A stretch of 64,000 nt of DNA from a virus. Its lineage: Duplodnaviria; Caudoviricetes. The stretch lies in the IMG/VR virus record IMGVR_UViG_3300035698_013504, positions 32,001-96,000 of that record; one strand, given 5' to 3'. The notes under the pieces were generated by a model that saw only the letters and a program-made list of their open reading frames with translations, had not been told where the DNA came from and searched no databases. This document shows positions 61,490 through 64,000 of this stretch, in pieces. Made by a program: the position numbers and the translations under genes. Position 1 is the first letter of the stretch; each line of letters starts with the position of its first letter.

Positions 61490-63394
61490 ATGAGAATCAT
61501 GGCATTGACGCCTTGGGAAGCTCAAATTGATCTGGTCGTGAACGGCCAGCAGGTACAAGATACCACGCCCAACCGCGCACTGACGCAGCTGATGCGTCGT
61601 ACGGACTACCTTAAGGAGATGATGGCGTTGATCTCCGAGGGTCAGGCGATCTATCACCGAGCAGTTGCGTTGAAGTCTGACGTCCTGGTGGGTGAGGCTG
61701 TGTACTGGAATGCCGCTAACGCCCGGTACGAAAAAGGTCAGGCGGGTACGACTACGGAGTCCACCGGCGGAATCCTCCACGTCGCCGACAGCGCATACGT
61801 TGCTGGCCTCGTCACATCTAAGAGTGGCGGGACTACGGGCGATGTGATTCTCTACGGGTTGCTTGAGGACTTTGACTTCTCCAACACGCTTGGCGGGGAA
61901 ACAGCCGTAGCAGGTCAGTACTACCTCGGCTCTACCACGTCAGGTGTACTCACGTTATCGCGCCCCCCAGTTGGCGTTTTCGTGATGACCCTACGGGACA
62001 CAACGTCCGCGCTGATCAATCCGACACCGAAGGATATCCTTGACGGCCACATTCATTACCGCTTTGACCTGTACGCGCAGCCTGCCGGTTTGGCCGCGTG
62101 TCAGGCTGAAGGTGACCGCCACCACATCAGAGACATCAACCCGAACGCACAGGGCTGGCTGCCTGCCGACAATGCTGTGTTCGGCGGAACTGCTCCAGCA
62201 GGCGCCAAGTTTGGCTACAACATCGCTCAGCACGCCGACCTCTACCGCGCGTGGCCTCCCACCCCTATCGGCGGTGTTTATCTCGACCAGAACGGTTACG
62301 CGGTAGACTTGAGCACGGGCGGTACCTGTATTATCGATATCAACGGTCTCTGGTGGATGAGTGACTGTTACGGTCACGGCCCCTGGGCGCCGCAACACAG
62401 CCCGTGTGACAGCTCATCGTCCTCGTGGTCCAGTTCCAGCGGGGAATCCTCGTCCAGCAGTAGCAGTTCGCATTACTGGTCGAGCAGCTCGTGCGCGGAT
62501 GCGCCCCCCGTCAGATACATGGAAGGCCATGGCGATCTCAGCGATATGTCTATGACTCTCTGGTTCACCAAACTGGTGTACAAGACGAGTGATTCCACCG
62601 TTACGAGCCTACAGCCCGCGACTGGCTCACCAGTTACGGTGGTTGGATGTACCGGAGCAGCCGCGACGACCGGCGACCTATTCCTCGATATCAATCTCGA
62701 GCTCTCTGAGTCGCCCGTCTTGGTTGACGGCGCTCTGGTCATCAAGTCCTTTGAGGGGCTGGCGGCTAAGAAGGGTTACGTTGTCGAGAAAATTGTGCCC
62801 GGGTCGAACATCAACGTCTCCGGCTCGCGCGGCAATGATACAGACGGGTACCAAGGTACGGTTACCATCGACGCCATTATCCCCGGCAGTGACCAGCAGG
62901 AGGGCGGTATCGAGCTCGTAGGCCTCGACAACGTTCGAGAGCAGACGTACCAGGACGTTTTCTATCTTGGTATGCCCACCACAATAGCGTCGGAGCTCCG
63001 GTGTAAGATAGAACTGCCCCGTAGCGGACTCCCGTCGTCGCCGAAGCTTAAGATCTGGTTCTGGATGCTCGCACGCGCCGCGGGCACGCTGCCCCGTATG
63101 GACTTCGCTTACCGAACGATGAGCCGTCCTAGCGCGTGTGTAGCTGAGAACCTGCCGATTACGGACACTACTGTGTCTATCGACGTTCAGCCCAACGTAT
63201 GCGGCGCTTTGTCCGCAAATCAGTACATCGAAGTAGAGAGCTCGCAGTTTGACGTTGAAAACGGCGATGTTGTCTTCTTCTCTCTGCTGCGGGCCGCAAG
63301 TGATGGGTACTCCGGCGAGGTAGGAATCTTGCGCGTCGGCTACCTCATCGAGTCGGCCGCTTCCAGTTCCTCGTCTTCATCCTCGGGAGGGTAG
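61490..63394 (+). CDS. Tail appendage/structural protein with Ser-rich tracts
   Basis: 634-aa beta-rich ORF; NRALTQLMRRTDYLK N-terminus; internal and C-terminal poly-Ser (alternative ATG 61499). Confidence 0.65.
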   Translation: MRIMALTPWEAQIDLVVNGQQVQDTTPNRALTQLMRRTDYLKEMMALISEGQAIYHRAVALKSDVLVGEAVYWNAANARYEKGQAGTTTESTGGILHVADSAYVAGLVTSKSGGTTGDVILYGLLEDFDFSNTLGGETAVAGQYYLGSTTSGVLTLSRPPVGVFVMTLRDTTSALINPTPKDILDGHIHYRFDLYAQPAGLAACQAEGDRHHIRDINPNAQGWLPADNAVFGGTAPAGAKFGYNIAQHADLYRAWPPTPIGGVYLDQNGYAVDLSTGGTCIIDINGLWWMSDCYGHGPWAPQHSPCDSSSSSWSSSSGESSSSSSSSHYWSSSSCADAPPVRYMEGHGDLSDMSMTLWFTKLVYKTSDSTVTSLQPATGSPVTVVGCTGAAATTGDLFLDINLELSESPVLVDGALVIKSFEGLAAKKGYVVEKIVPGSNINVSGSRGNDTDGYQGTVTIDAIIPGSDQQEGGIELVGLDNVREQTYQDVFYLGMPTTIASELRCKIELPRSGLPSSPKLKIWFWMLARAAGTLPRMDFAYRTMSRPSACVAENLPITDTTVSIDVQPNVCGALSANQYIEVESSQFDVENGDVVFFSLLRAASDGYSGEVGILRVGYLIESAASSSSSSSSGG

Positions 63395-63401
63395 GTGACC
63401 T

Positions 63402-64000
63402 TTGGCGATCGGATCTACCTGGAACGTAGGCTGGCTTTCCCAAAATGGAAATCGCAACTACCCGTTATCTGAGGGCGCAACCCTCGTAGACACTACGTCT
63501 GCGTTCAAGATCCCGGATGACTTCTTGGTTGACCTCCTATTTCCGTATCACACAAACGGAACAATCGACAGCACTCTCTTCCACGTTATGACGATCACCA
63601 TCTTTGGTGAGGGCGTTACCGTCGTGCTTGGGTATAACGGGACAGCCATCGGGTCTGTCAGTGTGAACTTCGATACCTTTGAAGCCTTTAGCACCGTCTC
63701 GATACAGGGCTACGGTGATTTTCACGACTCGGTGGGTAAGGTAACCTTCGGGTCGCTGGACAACCTCCTATTGCAGCCCAGCGGCAGCTGGTCCTTTGCC
63801 GTAGCCGACGCCAGGCTAGAGACCTGCGTGACGCGCCCCGACGTACGCGCCGTCACCGGTATTGTCCTTGTCAACGGCAGCGAAGAAACGGACGTCATAC
63901 AGGGCGACATTCAGCTCGTAGCAGGTAACAACTTCCGGCTGTCATACTCTGTGGCTGATAGCGTCCAACAGATTCAGTTCGACGCTATTCAAGGCGAAGG
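63402..64000 (+). CDS. Structural protein, 3'-truncated by the window end
   Basis: TTG start after GGAGG; frame MAIGSTWNVGWLSQNGNRNYPLSEGATL...IPDDFLVDL stays open to 64000; absent from the ORF track because it has no stop. Confidence 0.7.
   Translation, partial: MAIGSTWNVGWLSQNGNRNYPLSEGATLVDTTSAFKIPDDFLVDLLFPYHTNGTIDSTLFHVMTITIFGEGVTVVLGYNGTAIGSVSVNFDTFEAFSTVSIQGYGDFHDSVGKVTFGSLDNLLLQPSGSWSFAVADARLETCVTRPDVRAVTGIVLVNGSEETDVIQGDIQLVAGNNFRLSYSVADSVQQIQFDAIQGE

Noticed and set aside
1-64000. tRNA, rRNA, introns, inteins, transposases, alternative genetic code
   Set aside because: None recognised; intergenic gaps are short; the RNAP genes show no intein motifs; long ORFs are intact under the standard code with TAA, TAG and TGA all used as stops

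Overview
A 64-kb, gene-dense segment (G+C roughly 55-60% by eye) of a large contractile-tailed (myovirus-type) bacteriophage genome. Every credible gene is on the + strand. Order: (1) 155-27119, an ATP-dependent DNA ligase with a LigD-type 3'-phosphoesterase domain, a tubulin/FtsZ-family GTPase, a two-gene multisubunit RNA polymerase (beta fused to the N-terminal half of beta', plus a separate beta' C-terminal gene) and many hypothetical, probably internal-head proteins; (2) 27132-32795, head module with prohead protease, scaffold-like protein, decoration-like protein and a major capsid protein whose reading frame is broken by a 1-nt shift; (3) 32872-38890, accessory block with a lipoprotein, a LamG-domain protein carrying about 62 tandem C-x3-D motifs and an adjacent radical SAM/SPASM enzyme; (4) 38900-64000, neck, sheath, tube, spike, tail chaperones with a candidate -1 frameshift, tape measure, baseplate and tail-appendage genes, with a sigma-70-family factor embedded among the baseplate genes. 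The best candidate for an undescribed system is the rSAM/SPASM enzyme plus the giant C-x3-D repeat protein, which may be PapB/ranthipeptide-like thioether cross-linking of a virion-associated protein. Other highlights are the unusual RNA polymerase architecture, a recurrent K-x-A/S motif in head-region proteins, poly-Ser tracts in structural proteins and a recurring intergenic motif. No portal, terminase, tRNA, rRNA or CRISPR array was recognised. All assignments come from motif recognition by eye; no searches were run.
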